This document shows, one piece after another, positions 17,783 to 25,573 of a stretch of DNA of 49,521 nt; within the stretch, counting starts at the first letter, position 1; each line of letters opens with the position of its first letter. The stretch is from Alphaproteobacteria bacterium. GTDB lineage: Bacteria > Pseudomonadota > Alphaproteobacteria > CAAHEQ01 > UBA3637. The notes beneath the pieces are model-generated. The model saw only the letters and a list, made by a program, of their open reading frames with translations, made no database searches and was not told the DNA's origin. The DNA lies in NCBI GenBank assembly GCA_017457425.1, contig JAFTHM010000055.1, forward strand, positions 1 to 49,521, given 5' to 3'. The position numbers were made by a program, and so were the translations under genes.

Positions 17783-18819
17783 GCAATATCCGTCCATTGT
17801 AAATGAGAACCGGCCTTAACGTCATTAGCCGTTGTTTTACCAATCACTTCATCAATTTGCGAGGCCAAAATACCACTTAAATAAGGACGTTTTGTTGTTA
17901 AATCATCTCGTGTTATTGTATGCCCTGCCGGAATATCTTTGGCGGCAATCAACGTTGAAAAAGCAAACTCAATTGTGATTTGTTCTTCCGGTAAAGCTTG
18001 CTTTTTACCGCCACGCATTTGGGCAATTTCAGCAGAATCCGCAATCAAATCCCGACATTCGGCAATATCCATAGAACAGATAATATCTTCCCCGTATCTG
18101 TCCTTTGTATCGGTAAAGTGGCGTTCCAAAACGCTCGCCCCCAAAGCCGTTGCCGCCAAACACGCTAAATTATTGAGTGAATGGTCGGACAGACCGATAA
18201 TTTCATCTGGGAAAGCCGATTTCAATTCCTCTAAAGCCCCCAAACGAATTTGCCCGGCTGAGGTCGGATATAAATTTGTTGTATGCATAATCACAAAATT
18301 ATCGTGATATTCACGAATGCATGCTACCGCTTTTTTAACCGCGTCTAAATTATTCATACCCGTTGATAAAATAATCGGTTTATTTTTGGATGCTACACAC
18401 CGCACAAATTCATAGTTATTCATTTCGCCGGATCCGATTTTATATGCTGGTACATTCATGTTTTCCAATCTGTCAATGGCGGCAAAAGAAAACGGCGTAG
18501 AAATAAAAATCATTCCTAAACTTTCAACATAACGTTGAAACTCAATTTCCTCTTCTTCTGTTAATGCACATCTGGCCATAATATCCCAAATGGAATACGC
18601 TGAATTCCCCGGAATGGCTTGTTTGGCCATATCACTCATTTCGGCTTCAATAATGTGTGTTTGATGTTTCACGATTTCGGCACCGGCCGCTTTGGCGGCA
18701 TCGGCCAATTTTTTAGCTTCCGCCAAAGAGCCATTATGATTAATCCCGATTTCCGCAATCACTAAGGGCGGATAATCCGGTCCGATTTTTCTTCCCGCAA
18801 TTTCAATAAATTTTGCCAT
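17779..18819 (-). CDS. neuB: N-acetylneuraminate (nonulosonate) synthase, NeuB family with a C-terminal SAF domain
   Basis: IAEIGINHNGSLAEAKKLADAAKAAGAEIVKHQTH and a C-terminal SAF-like AAKDIPAGHTITRDDL. Specificity (Neu5Ac, legionaminic or pseudaminic acid) cannot be told from the sequence. Confidence 0.8.
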   Translation of the reverse strand: MAKFIEIAGRKIGPDYPPLVIAEIGINHNGSLAEAKKLADAAKAAGAEIVKHQTHIIEAEMSDMAKQAIPGNSAYSIWDIMARCALTEEEEIEFQRYVESLGMIFISTPFSFAAIDRLENMNVPAYKIGSGEMNNYEFVRCVASKNKPIILSTGMNNLDAVKKAVACIREYHDNFVIMHTTNLYPTSAGQIRLGALEELKSAFPDEIIGLSDHSLNNLACLAATALGASVLERHFTDTKDRYGEDIICSMDIAECRDLIADSAEIAQMRGGKKQALPEEQITIEFAFSTLIAAKDIPAGHTITRDDLTTKRPYLSGILASQIDEVIGKTTANDVKAGSHLQWTDIA

Positions 18820-18848
18820 AAAATTTCTCCATAAAAGTTTATGAATTG

Positions 18849-18878
18849 ATTATAGGCATACAACAACATAAAATGCAA
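18849..18878 (-). promoter_or_regulatory. Candidate sigma-70 promoter for neuB-neuC
   Basis: Minus strand reads TTGCAT-18 nt-TATAAT, about 30 nt upstream of the neuB ATG. Confidence 0.35.
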
Positions 18879-18882
18879 TTAT

Positions 18883-19842
18883 TTAATCACGGATATGTTG
18901 ATTTTGAACAATCTCAGATAAAAACCGTTTAGCGGTTTCTTGATACGGCACACACACAGGGGAAAATATATTTTGATTTTCGCCCCCAAAAATACGAGGT
19001 GTTTTTGATGAGGTATGACCGATAACATAACGATCATTTGTCTCTTCTTCACCTTCTCTAACCATATGTTGAGCCAATAAAAACTGAGTTCCCGGATTTA
19101 AATATGATACATACCTTTTATTTTTATAATAGACCTCTTCCACAAAGAAATTTGCAAACATATTAAACATTTCTTTTGGATGTCCACATCGCCCCAGCCA
19201 CCAATCAACGACTAAGGTATTCGGATGATATAATTCGGCTATCATTTGTTGAAACGTCAACTGTTCATTATCCGTTCGGATTAAACAAAAACAATGATTA
19301 TCATGTAATATACGTCCTTGTTTGTTTCGTAAGTTTAAACAAACGGACTGAAACGGAATATTATTCGCCTTTAATACCAAAGATGTCATATGTGCCATTT
19401 CGCCACAATTACAAACATGTTCGTTTTCAATCATATCAATAAAATCTAACCGATGGCGTGCTTTTTTGATGGCATTATCGGCTTTGTCTGCTGCCTTATG
19501 TACTCTGTTCATTTTGCCGGATAACCATTCCAAAGTCCGCATAAACCGATGTTTATAAAAAGAGACATAAGCACCCAACATATATAATTTTGAAATATCC
19601 TTAAATTCATTTGCTAAATCTAATGCAAAACAATTGTTTCTCAGTTGGCGAATATTTTCTAATCTTCTGTCAATTTCATAGCTGTCCAGCAATGTTGTAA
19701 TCAGTAAATCACGGCGTGGATATAAATCTTCTAACATAGCTAAACACTGATGCCCAATATGCCAATCGTTTTTATCCGCCGGTAATTCAATCGGCGGATA
19801 ATATTTAGAAAATTTTCGGGCAAGTTTGATATTCGGATGCAT
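18883..19842 (-). CDS. Protein of unknown function with a transglutaminase/papain-like Cys-His-Asp signature
   Basis: NCGEMAHMTSLVLKANNIPFQSV (Cys-helix), HDNHCFCLIR and LVVDWW occur in the order and spacing typical of transglutaminase-like cysteine peptidase cores. No signal peptide. Confidence 0.6.
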   Translation of the reverse strand: MHPNIKLARKFSKYYPPIELPADKNDWHIGHQCLAMLEDLYPRRDLLITTLLDSYEIDRRLENIRQLRNNCFALDLANEFKDISKLYMLGAYVSFYKHRFMRTLEWLSGKMNRVHKAADKADNAIKKARHRLDFIDMIENEHVCNCGEMAHMTSLVLKANNIPFQSVCLNLRNKQGRILHDNHCFCLIRTDNEQLTFQQMIAELYHPNTLVVDWWLGRCGHPKEMFNMFANFFVEEVYYKNKRYVSYLNPGTQFLLAQHMVREGEEETNDRYVIGHTSSKTPRIFGGENQNIFSPVCVPYQETAKRFLSEIVQNQHIRD

Positions 19843-19844
19843 TG

Positions 19845-20429
19845 TTAATCCCGAGTATGCTCCATTTTTTCTTGCATTAAACGATTTTTACGTTCTTGCC
19901 AACAATCGCTGACACCTCCGGCAACACCAGATAAAACAGTGCCTAACAAACACACACCCGTTGCACAGACAAAACCTAAAGCGATTTGATTATGGGATGG
20001 GATAATATCTGAATGATAAATTGTTCCGATAGCCCCGATACCGGACAAAATCGCCGCCACACATGTACCCATCATAACTTCTTCGCATTTGTGGGCAAAT
20101 CTGGTCGGACGAGAAATCACATACTCTGTAAATGTTTTTGCTTCATCTCGATCAATCACTCGCAAAATCGGCGGTACATTTTCTTGTGATTTTTCTTGAG
20201 TTATTTCTGACACAATTTCCTCCTTGTCATTTACCATTTGCACCAAATTAAGCGTCTCTTGTTTTAAGATATCCGGCACCACATTCGTCCCCTCTTCATT
20301 CTTTTTTTCCATTTTATTTGTCTCTTGACATAATTCAGAGCGGTTTTGTTCCATTAACTGGGTATAAGAATGAATCTGACTGTTAAACGAAATGCCGGCA
20401 CCGGCATTAAAATTAATCTGAATACTCAT
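19845..20429 (-). CDS. Membrane protein of unknown function with a C-terminal bilobed hydrophobic hairpin
   Basis: The ATG at 20429 (MSIQINF...) has an AAGGATAAGAGG SD; the track's longer start overlaps the upstream gene. The C-terminus has two ~20-aa hydrophobic segments (MMGTCVAAILSGIGAIGTIY / IALGFVCATGVCLLGTVLSGVAGGV) separated by 10 residues. Confidence 0.6.
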   Translation of the reverse strand: MSIQINFNAGAGISFNSQIHSYTQLMEQNRSELCQETNKMEKKNEEGTNVVPDILKQETLNLVQMVNDKEEIVSEITQEKSQENVPPILRVIDRDEAKTFTEYVISRPTRFAHKCEEVMMGTCVAAILSGIGAIGTIYHSDIIPSHNQIALGFVCATGVCLLGTVLSGVAGGVSDCWQERKNRLMQEKMEHTRD

Positions 20430-20440
20430 CCTCTTATCCT

Positions 20441-21427
20441 TTATTTTTGGCGTTCTAATATCATACGATTTACCACCGTTTGCCACCCCGAAACAGTATA
20501 GATTTCATCTTTATGGCGATTTAATTGTTCGGCTTTTTCAGTTCCGATTGGTGTTTGGCTTTTAACTTCAACCGTTTGTTTGTTGCCATCTGTATCAAAA
20601 ACGGCATACCCGTTTTGAATTCCTAAATAAACGGCCGGCGTATTATTGAATTTTTCTTTATCTTGTTCTCCTTTAATCATACATCCGATAACGCCTCCCA
20701 ACACAGCCATTCCCATAACACAACGACGTATCATACGTCCATAATATTCCGGAAATTTATGCGTAAATCGTTCTTTAGTCATACACATTAAGTTACGTCC
20801 ATTTATGACAATTGGCTGAGGAACATCACGATACGTCGTATACGCATCCTTTGACCATAAAATATAGTCCATGTTCTCGGCATTTTTCATCGCATGCCCA
20901 TATCTGTTGTACAATGTTTCTGTGGTATCATCTAATCCGTTTTGAACCACAATATATTTGGAATTTTCATGTTTGTTATCGGCTAAACGATATCCTGTTC
21001 CGGTTGCAAATTCTTCACCCGCTATTGTTTTAAAAATATATTCATTTTCAAAAATATTTTTTTGAATAATAAAATGCTTTGTTCTAACTTCAATATTCAC
21101 ATCATCGTTAACAAACAGCTCTTTGTCATAAGACATTTTAGAATGAACGCCTTTCATTTTTAAATGACGGTGATGATTGCTGACGATATAGGACCCGTCA
21201 CGGCGAACCTCAATATCTTGAGCATTTTTGGCCCCCTCCATCACTTTTCCCTTTTCATTATACAACGTCAATCCTGTACCTCGCTCCACAATGTATAAGG
21301 GTAGATGGTCATGAGGATGATATATCCAATCTATTGTTTCATCTTTAAATAAAACCTTTCCGGCTTTATCTGATACTTCGCCGGTTTTTGTGTTAAAATA
21401 AAATTTATCGCTGATTTGTTGTCTCAT
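20441..21427 (-). CDS. Single-TM repeat protein of unknown function; paralog of 21574..22185
   Basis: The ATG at 21427 has a GAGG SD (the track start at 21439 is a GTG). Internal LYN..G....A.N repeats, one TM (CVMGMAVLGGVIGCMI) and a C-terminal YLGIQNGYAVFDTDGNKQTVEV module. Confidence 0.65.
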   Translation of the reverse strand: MRQQISDKFYFNTKTGEVSDKAGKVLFKDETIDWIYHPHDHLPLYIVERGTGLTLYNEKGKVMEGAKNAQDIEVRRDGSYIVSNHHRHLKMKGVHSKMSYDKELFVNDDVNIEVRTKHFIIQKNIFENEYIFKTIAGEEFATGTGYRLADNKHENSKYIVVQNGLDDTTETLYNRYGHAMKNAENMDYILWSKDAYTTYRDVPQPIVINGRNLMCMTKERFTHKFPEYYGRMIRRCVMGMAVLGGVIGCMIKGEQDKEKFNNTPAVYLGIQNGYAVFDTDGNKQTVEVKSQTPIGTEKAEQLNRHKDEIYTVSGWQTVVNRMILERQK

Positions 21428-21456
21428 TTTTTGCCTCACTGATGATTGATGAGGTT

Positions 21457-21485
21457 ATTATATCACAGCCCAAAATATTTGTCAA
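21457..21485 (-). promoter_or_regulatory. Consensus sigma-70 promoter
   Basis: Minus strand reads TTGACA-17 nt-TATAAT with a TG extended -10 (TGATATAAT). The -10 lies 30 nt upstream of the ATG at 21427. Confidence 0.6.
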
Positions 21486-21525
21486 CTATTTTTTTAATTG
21501 AGTCGTTTTTTATTAACAAAACGAT

Positions 21526-21551
21526 AAAAAAATCCCCCATAGACAGGGGGA
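21526..21551 (-). terminator. Intrinsic terminator of the 203-aa gene
   Basis: Minus strand reads TCCCCC-7 nt loop-GGGGGA followed by T7, 23 nt after the stop at 21574. Confidence 0.65.
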
Positions 21552-21573
21552 AACAAACAGTACATAACACTTA

Positions 21574-22185
21574 CTAACGGATATGTGTAAAATGATAAAT
21601 CTGAGATATTTCTTTCCATTTGGCAATAGAATGCGTTTGCCCTTCACATCCATATAAATAACCGACCTGATGTCTTAACAGAGTATCCGACACAACCTCT
21701 GCTGTTTGTTTGTTGCCGTCCGTATCAAACAAAGCCACACCATTGGAAATCCCCAAATATGTCATGTGCGTTTTTTGTTCATAAGCAGCTTTCTTTTCAC
21801 AACATCCGTGTATTTGCGAAACACCCAAATAAGCGACCACAAGAGCACCGCATATTGCCAATCCTCGTAATCCTTGCTTTATTTTATATTCCGGAAATAT
21901 GTATGTTTTTTTATTTTCACCCAACCCAACAACATAGCATTTTTTATTCCAGTAGATATGCTCTACGTTTTGCGCCCCCTTTACCGGCTGACCATTTCTA
22001 TCATATAACGTCCACAATTCTTCTTCATTTTCAACGGCAAAATATCTTGGATTATTATCGCTGGAACAATAAGTACTTCCCCTTGCAAATTCCTTACCTT
22101 GCTTTGTTTTAAAAGCATAACCTTTGCCATCATTATTTTCATCACATTCAATAATAAAATATTTTTCTTTGTACCGTATGGTCAT
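21574..22185 (-). CDS. Single-TM repeat protein of unknown function; paralog of 20441..21427
   Basis: Shares YAFKTKQGKEFARGS, LYDRNGQPVKGAQN, a TM segment and YLGISNGVALFDTDGNKQTAEV with the 328-aa neighbour. AGGAGAA SD. Confidence 0.65.
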   Translation of the reverse strand: MTIRYKEKYFIIECDENNDGKGYAFKTKQGKEFARGSTYCSSDNNPRYFAVENEEELWTLYDRNGQPVKGAQNVEHIYWNKKCYVVGLGENKKTYIFPEYKIKQGLRGLAICGALVVAYLGVSQIHGCCEKKAAYEQKTHMTYLGISNGVALFDTDGNKQTAEVVSDTLLRHQVGYLYGCEGQTHSIAKWKEISQIYHFTHIR

Positions 22186-22216
22186 TTTTCATTCTCCTAA
22201 AATTATCAATACCGCA

Positions 22217-22245
22217 ATCATAGCACAAAAACGGCCGTTTATCAA
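22217..22245 (-). promoter_or_regulatory. Candidate sigma-70 promoter of the 203-aa gene
   Basis: Minus strand reads TTGATA-17 nt-TATGAT. Confidence 0.4.
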
Positions 22246-22265
22246 TTCTTTTGTTATTTTACTCT

Positions 22266-22293
22266 TTGCAAAAAATCTGCTTTTTGATATACT
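22266..22293 (+). promoter_or_regulatory. Candidate sigma-70 promoter of sdaA
   Basis: TTGCAA-16 nt-TATACT with an extended -10 TG (TGATATACT). Confidence 0.45.
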
Positions 22294-22328
22294 GTTTTTA
22301 CAGTTTAAAATAACAAATGAGGTTTATT

Positions 22329-23711
22329 ATGTATCACAGCTTATTTGATGTCTTTTCTATCGGTATTGGCCCTTCCAGCTCTCATACCGTAGGCCCTATG
22401 CGAGCTGCTGGCCGTTTTATTGAAACACTGCGTAAAAAACGTCTGATTAAAAAAGTGGCTCAAGTTAAAACAACTCTGTACGGGTCTTTGGCTTTAACCG
22501 GTGTCGGGCATGGCACGCCAACGGCAATCGTCTACGGATTAATGGGATTACACGCCGACACGATGGATTTATCCCAAGATTATATCGGTTCGGTTCAATC
22601 ATCCGGTCAATTAAAATTAGGTAGCACAAAAGACATTCCTTTTTCTATTGCCCGAGATATTATTTTGGATAAAGAAACGTTTTTACCTCAACATTCCAAT
22701 GGCATGACATTTGTGGCATTGGATGAAACAGGAAAAGAACTCGCAACAGAAACTTATTTTTCCATTGGTGGCGGAACGGTTTGTCGTTCCGATGAAATGG
22801 GTAAAGCCCCCGTCCATGTTCAAACAGAGGTTCCCTATCCGTTCAGCACGTGTGCCGAATTAATTAATCAATGCAAAACGCATAATTTATCCATTGCCGA
22901 AGTTGTTTTTAAAAATGAAGAGGCGACAAAGACCTTTAACGAAATCAAAGATTATTTAATTTTGGTGGATAAAATCATGCAAACCGGTATTGACCGAGGT
23001 TGCGTGACCGAAGGAACGCTCCCCGGTGGATTAGATATCAAACGCCGTGCACCAATTATTTACCGCAGATTGGAAGAAAAATTCCATGCCAATGACGAAG
23101 ATCCACTTATGATTGTAGATTGGATTAATTTGTGGGCGTTTGCCGTAGCCGAAGAAAATGCCGTCGGTGGACAAGTGGTAACGGCTCCCACCATGGGTTC
23201 GGCCGGTATTATTCCGGCAGTCCTGAGATACTTTGAACGCTTTGCATCAAAAAAATCGCCGTTTGATTTAATGCTGGGCAAAGGTATCTTTTTGCTGACA
23301 GCTTCGGCTATTTGCAGTTTATATCGCACAAATGCGTCCATTTCCGGTGCTGAGGTCGGATGCCAAGGTGAAATCGGTGTAGCGTGTTCTATGGCGGCGG
23401 CGGGATTGACGGCGGCTTTAGGTGGCACAATAGATCAAATTGAAAATGCGGCCGAAATTGCGATGGAACATAATTTGGGATTAACGTGCGACCCCGTTTG
23501 CGGATTGGTACAAGTGCCATGTATCGAACGCAATGCCATTGCGGCCGTTAAAGCGGTAAATGCCGCCCGTTTAGCCCTCAGAGGCAACGGCAACCATCTT
23601 GTCAGTTTGGACAGTGTTATTAAAACCATGTATGAAACAGGCAAAAACTTACCGGAAAAGTATAAAGAAACATCACTGGCAGGATTGGCCGTAAATGCAC
23701 TGACGTGTTAG
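22329..23711 (+). CDS. sdaA: L-serine dehydratase (iron-sulfur dependent, single chain)
   Basis: The N-terminus SLFDVFSIGIGPSSSHTVGPMRAA is diagnostic, and the protein is full length (~460 aa). Start taken at the ATG at 22329 after GAGG. Confidence 0.85.
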   Translation: MYHSLFDVFSIGIGPSSSHTVGPMRAAGRFIETLRKKRLIKKVAQVKTTLYGSLALTGVGHGTPTAIVYGLMGLHADTMDLSQDYIGSVQSSGQLKLGSTKDIPFSIARDIILDKETFLPQHSNGMTFVALDETGKELATETYFSIGGGTVCRSDEMGKAPVHVQTEVPYPFSTCAELINQCKTHNLSIAEVVFKNEEATKTFNEIKDYLILVDKIMQTGIDRGCVTEGTLPGGLDIKRRAPIIYRRLEEKFHANDEDPLMIVDWINLWAFAVAEENAVGGQVVTAPTMGSAGIIPAVLRYFERFASKKSPFDLMLGKGIFLLTASAICSLYRTNASISGAEVGCQGEIGVACSMAAAGLTAALGGTIDQIENAAEIAMEHNLGLTCDPVCGLVQVPCIERNAIAAVKAVNAARLALRGNGNHLVSLDSVIKTMYETGKNLPEKYKETSLAGLAVNALTC

Positions 23712-23732
23712 TAAGTATAATACGATTGGAAA

Positions 23733-24569
23733 TTAAGCTCTTAAATACTGATTATGATAATAACCGTTGGTTTGTAATGCCTTTGAAATAAAGGGAAGTC
23801 TTTCTTTTAATGTTTGTTTTCCCTTTTGTTCAACTTGTTGGATTTTATCAGCATCCCATAATAACGTAACCGAACGAGAAAAATCTTGGAAAATATCACA
23901 TGATTTAACTTTACCCATCAATCTATTGTCGGCTACCAAAGACACACACCGTTTGACGGGGTCTTTTACCTCCAACTGAATATGACTGCGATTAGGTAAA
24001 ATATCACAGACCCCATGACTGGCGGCAATAGCCGTACTGGCTAACAACTTTTCTTTGAAATGCAATTTATGTCCCCCGGCAGCCAAATTATAGGCATGAC
24101 TGCCCAACGGTGTCGCCAACAAATACCCATCACCACAAACACAAAACGGCATTTTCCATCCCTCAATACGCCCCACTAAGCGTGCTTGTTGCGGATTATC
24201 GCCACTGCGAACATAGATTTCATTCCATGCTTCGGCTTGAATAACCGTATCATCCAATTTAACAGCCGTTGCAACCAAAGGATGTAAACAAACACCGGTT
24301 GCTTTTTCAACTCGTTCCGGTAAATTTTGAACGTCAAATTTATTTTGATAAGCGCCCACGTGTCCCAAATTCATTCCATAAACTTTTTTACCGTGCTTTA
24401 ACCCTAATCTCAAGGCATCCAAAGTCGTTCCATCACCACCCAATGCAATAATAGCATCCGCTTCATCAATCGGAGCCATATTTTCCGCATACTTTTTCGC
24501 CAAAAATTTACGGGCTTCCAACGCTTTAGTATTGCTTGCATCCGCATGTAAATAAAATCGTAATGACAT
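23733..24569 (-). CDS. nadK: NAD(+) kinase
   Basis: GGDGT motif (IIALGGDGTTLDA) and an NAD-kinase-like C-terminal domain (STAIAASHG...). Confidence 0.8.
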   Translation of the reverse strand: MSLRFYLHADASNTKALEARKFLAKKYAENMAPIDEADAIIALGGDGTTLDALRLGLKHGKKVYGMNLGHVGAYQNKFDVQNLPERVEKATGVCLHPLVATAVKLDDTVIQAEAWNEIYVRSGDNPQQARLVGRIEGWKMPFCVCGDGYLLATPLGSHAYNLAAGGHKLHFKEKLLASTAIAASHGVCDILPNRSHIQLEVKDPVKRCVSLVADNRLMGKVKSCDIFQDFSRSVTLLWDADKIQQVEQKGKQTLKERLPFISKALQTNGYYHNQYLRA

Positions 24570-24678
24570 ATTTCACCTTTCCTTATGAATACCATATTAT
24601 CACACCGTTTATTTTTTGTCAAGTAATTTTTAATTCACTTTATTTTATACAAAAGTACTTTTTTTGATAACTTATGTA

Positions 24679-24707
24679 TTGACAAGGATTTTTTACTTTG
24701 ATAAAAT
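24679..24707 (+). promoter_or_regulatory. lexA promoter
   Basis: TTGACA-17 nt-TAAAAT, immediately followed by the LexA box. Confidence 0.6.
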
Positions 24708-24708
24708 A

Positions 24709-24723
24709 GAACAAAACAAGAAC
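24709..24723 (+). promoter_or_regulatory. Alphaproteobacterial-type LexA operator (SOS box)
   Basis: GAACAAAACAAGAAC equals GAAC-N7-GAAC, the direct-repeat box (GTTC-N7-GTTC on the other strand) described for alphaproteobacterial LexA. It sits between the -10 and the lexA SD. Confidence 0.7.
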
Positions 24724-24736
24724 ATAAGGAGGCAAT

Positions 24737-25378
24737 ATGCTGACACAAAAACAACACGATTTACTGATTTTTTTAGATAAAACATTTAAAGAAACCGGTG
24801 TTTGCCCATCGTTTGATGAAATGAAAGACTATTTAGGATTAAAATCAAAATCCGGTGTTCACAGATTGCTCAGCGAATTGGAAAATCGTAAATTTATCAG
24901 ACGATTGCATAATAAAGCCCGTGCATTAGAGGTATTAACCGTCCCAGCACAAAAAGAGGTGCCATCCGACCTAATCCCCGTTGCCAATGACGACGTGATA
25001 GCCATTCCGCTGTGTGGCCGAATCGCCGCTGGTCTTCCGATTGAAGCGATTCGCTATCCATCCGAAACCGTTGCCGTGCCGGCTCAAATGATGGGATTAG
25101 GTGATCATTATGCCCTAACGGTAGATGGCGATTCTATGCGAGATGCCGGCATCATGGATGGGGATACCGTCATTATTCGCCGAACGGATCGTGTTCCAAA
25201 CGGCACAATTGTGGTGGCGTTAATTGACGGATATGAGGTAACCTTAAAACGCATTCGGGCCAATGGGTCTTCGGTGGCCTTAGAACCGGCCAATCCAAAT
25301 TATGAAACACGTATTTTTTCTGCCGACCGAGTGGAAATACAAGGCGAATTGGTGGGCTTAATGCGTTCATATAAATAA
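24737..25378 (+). CDS. lexA: LexA repressor
   Basis: N-terminal winged-helix domain ([12 protein letters not shown]...), an extended linker, and an S24 peptidase domain with GDSM and LKR motifs. Confidence 0.9.
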   Translation: MLTQKQHDLLIFLDKTFKETGVCPSFDEMKDYLGLKSKSGVHRLLSELENRKFIRRLHNKARALEVLTVPAQKEVPSDLIPVANDDVIAIPLCGRIAAGLPIEAIRYPSETVAVPAQMMGLGDHYALTVDGDSMRDAGIMDGDTVIIRRTDRVPNGTIVVALIDGYEVTLKRIRANGSSVALEPANPNYETRIFSADRVEIQGELVGLMRSYK

Positions 25379-25573
25379 AAAAGAGTCCTTTAAAAAGGAC
25401 TCGTTAAGGAGGAGGGGTGAACAGAAGGCATAAAAGGGGGACCCTCTGTTCACAAGATGTTTGTCATATAGGGAGACTAAAAAAATACAAACATCTATTA
25501 TCTTACGATAACAAAGGCATCATACTATATTATGATGCCTTCGTCAAGTAAAAAATGATATTCTTTGGTGTAT

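Noticed and set aside
25514-25541. The 28-bp 11-6-11 palindrome considered as the chromosomal dif site (xerD and ftsK are both in the window).
   Set aside because: The arms (AAGGCATCATA) do not match the conserved XerC/XerD half-sites, and real dif sites are imperfect palindromes. The location between convergent genes fits a terminator hairpin equally well. It stays as a low-priority note in the findings, not a call.
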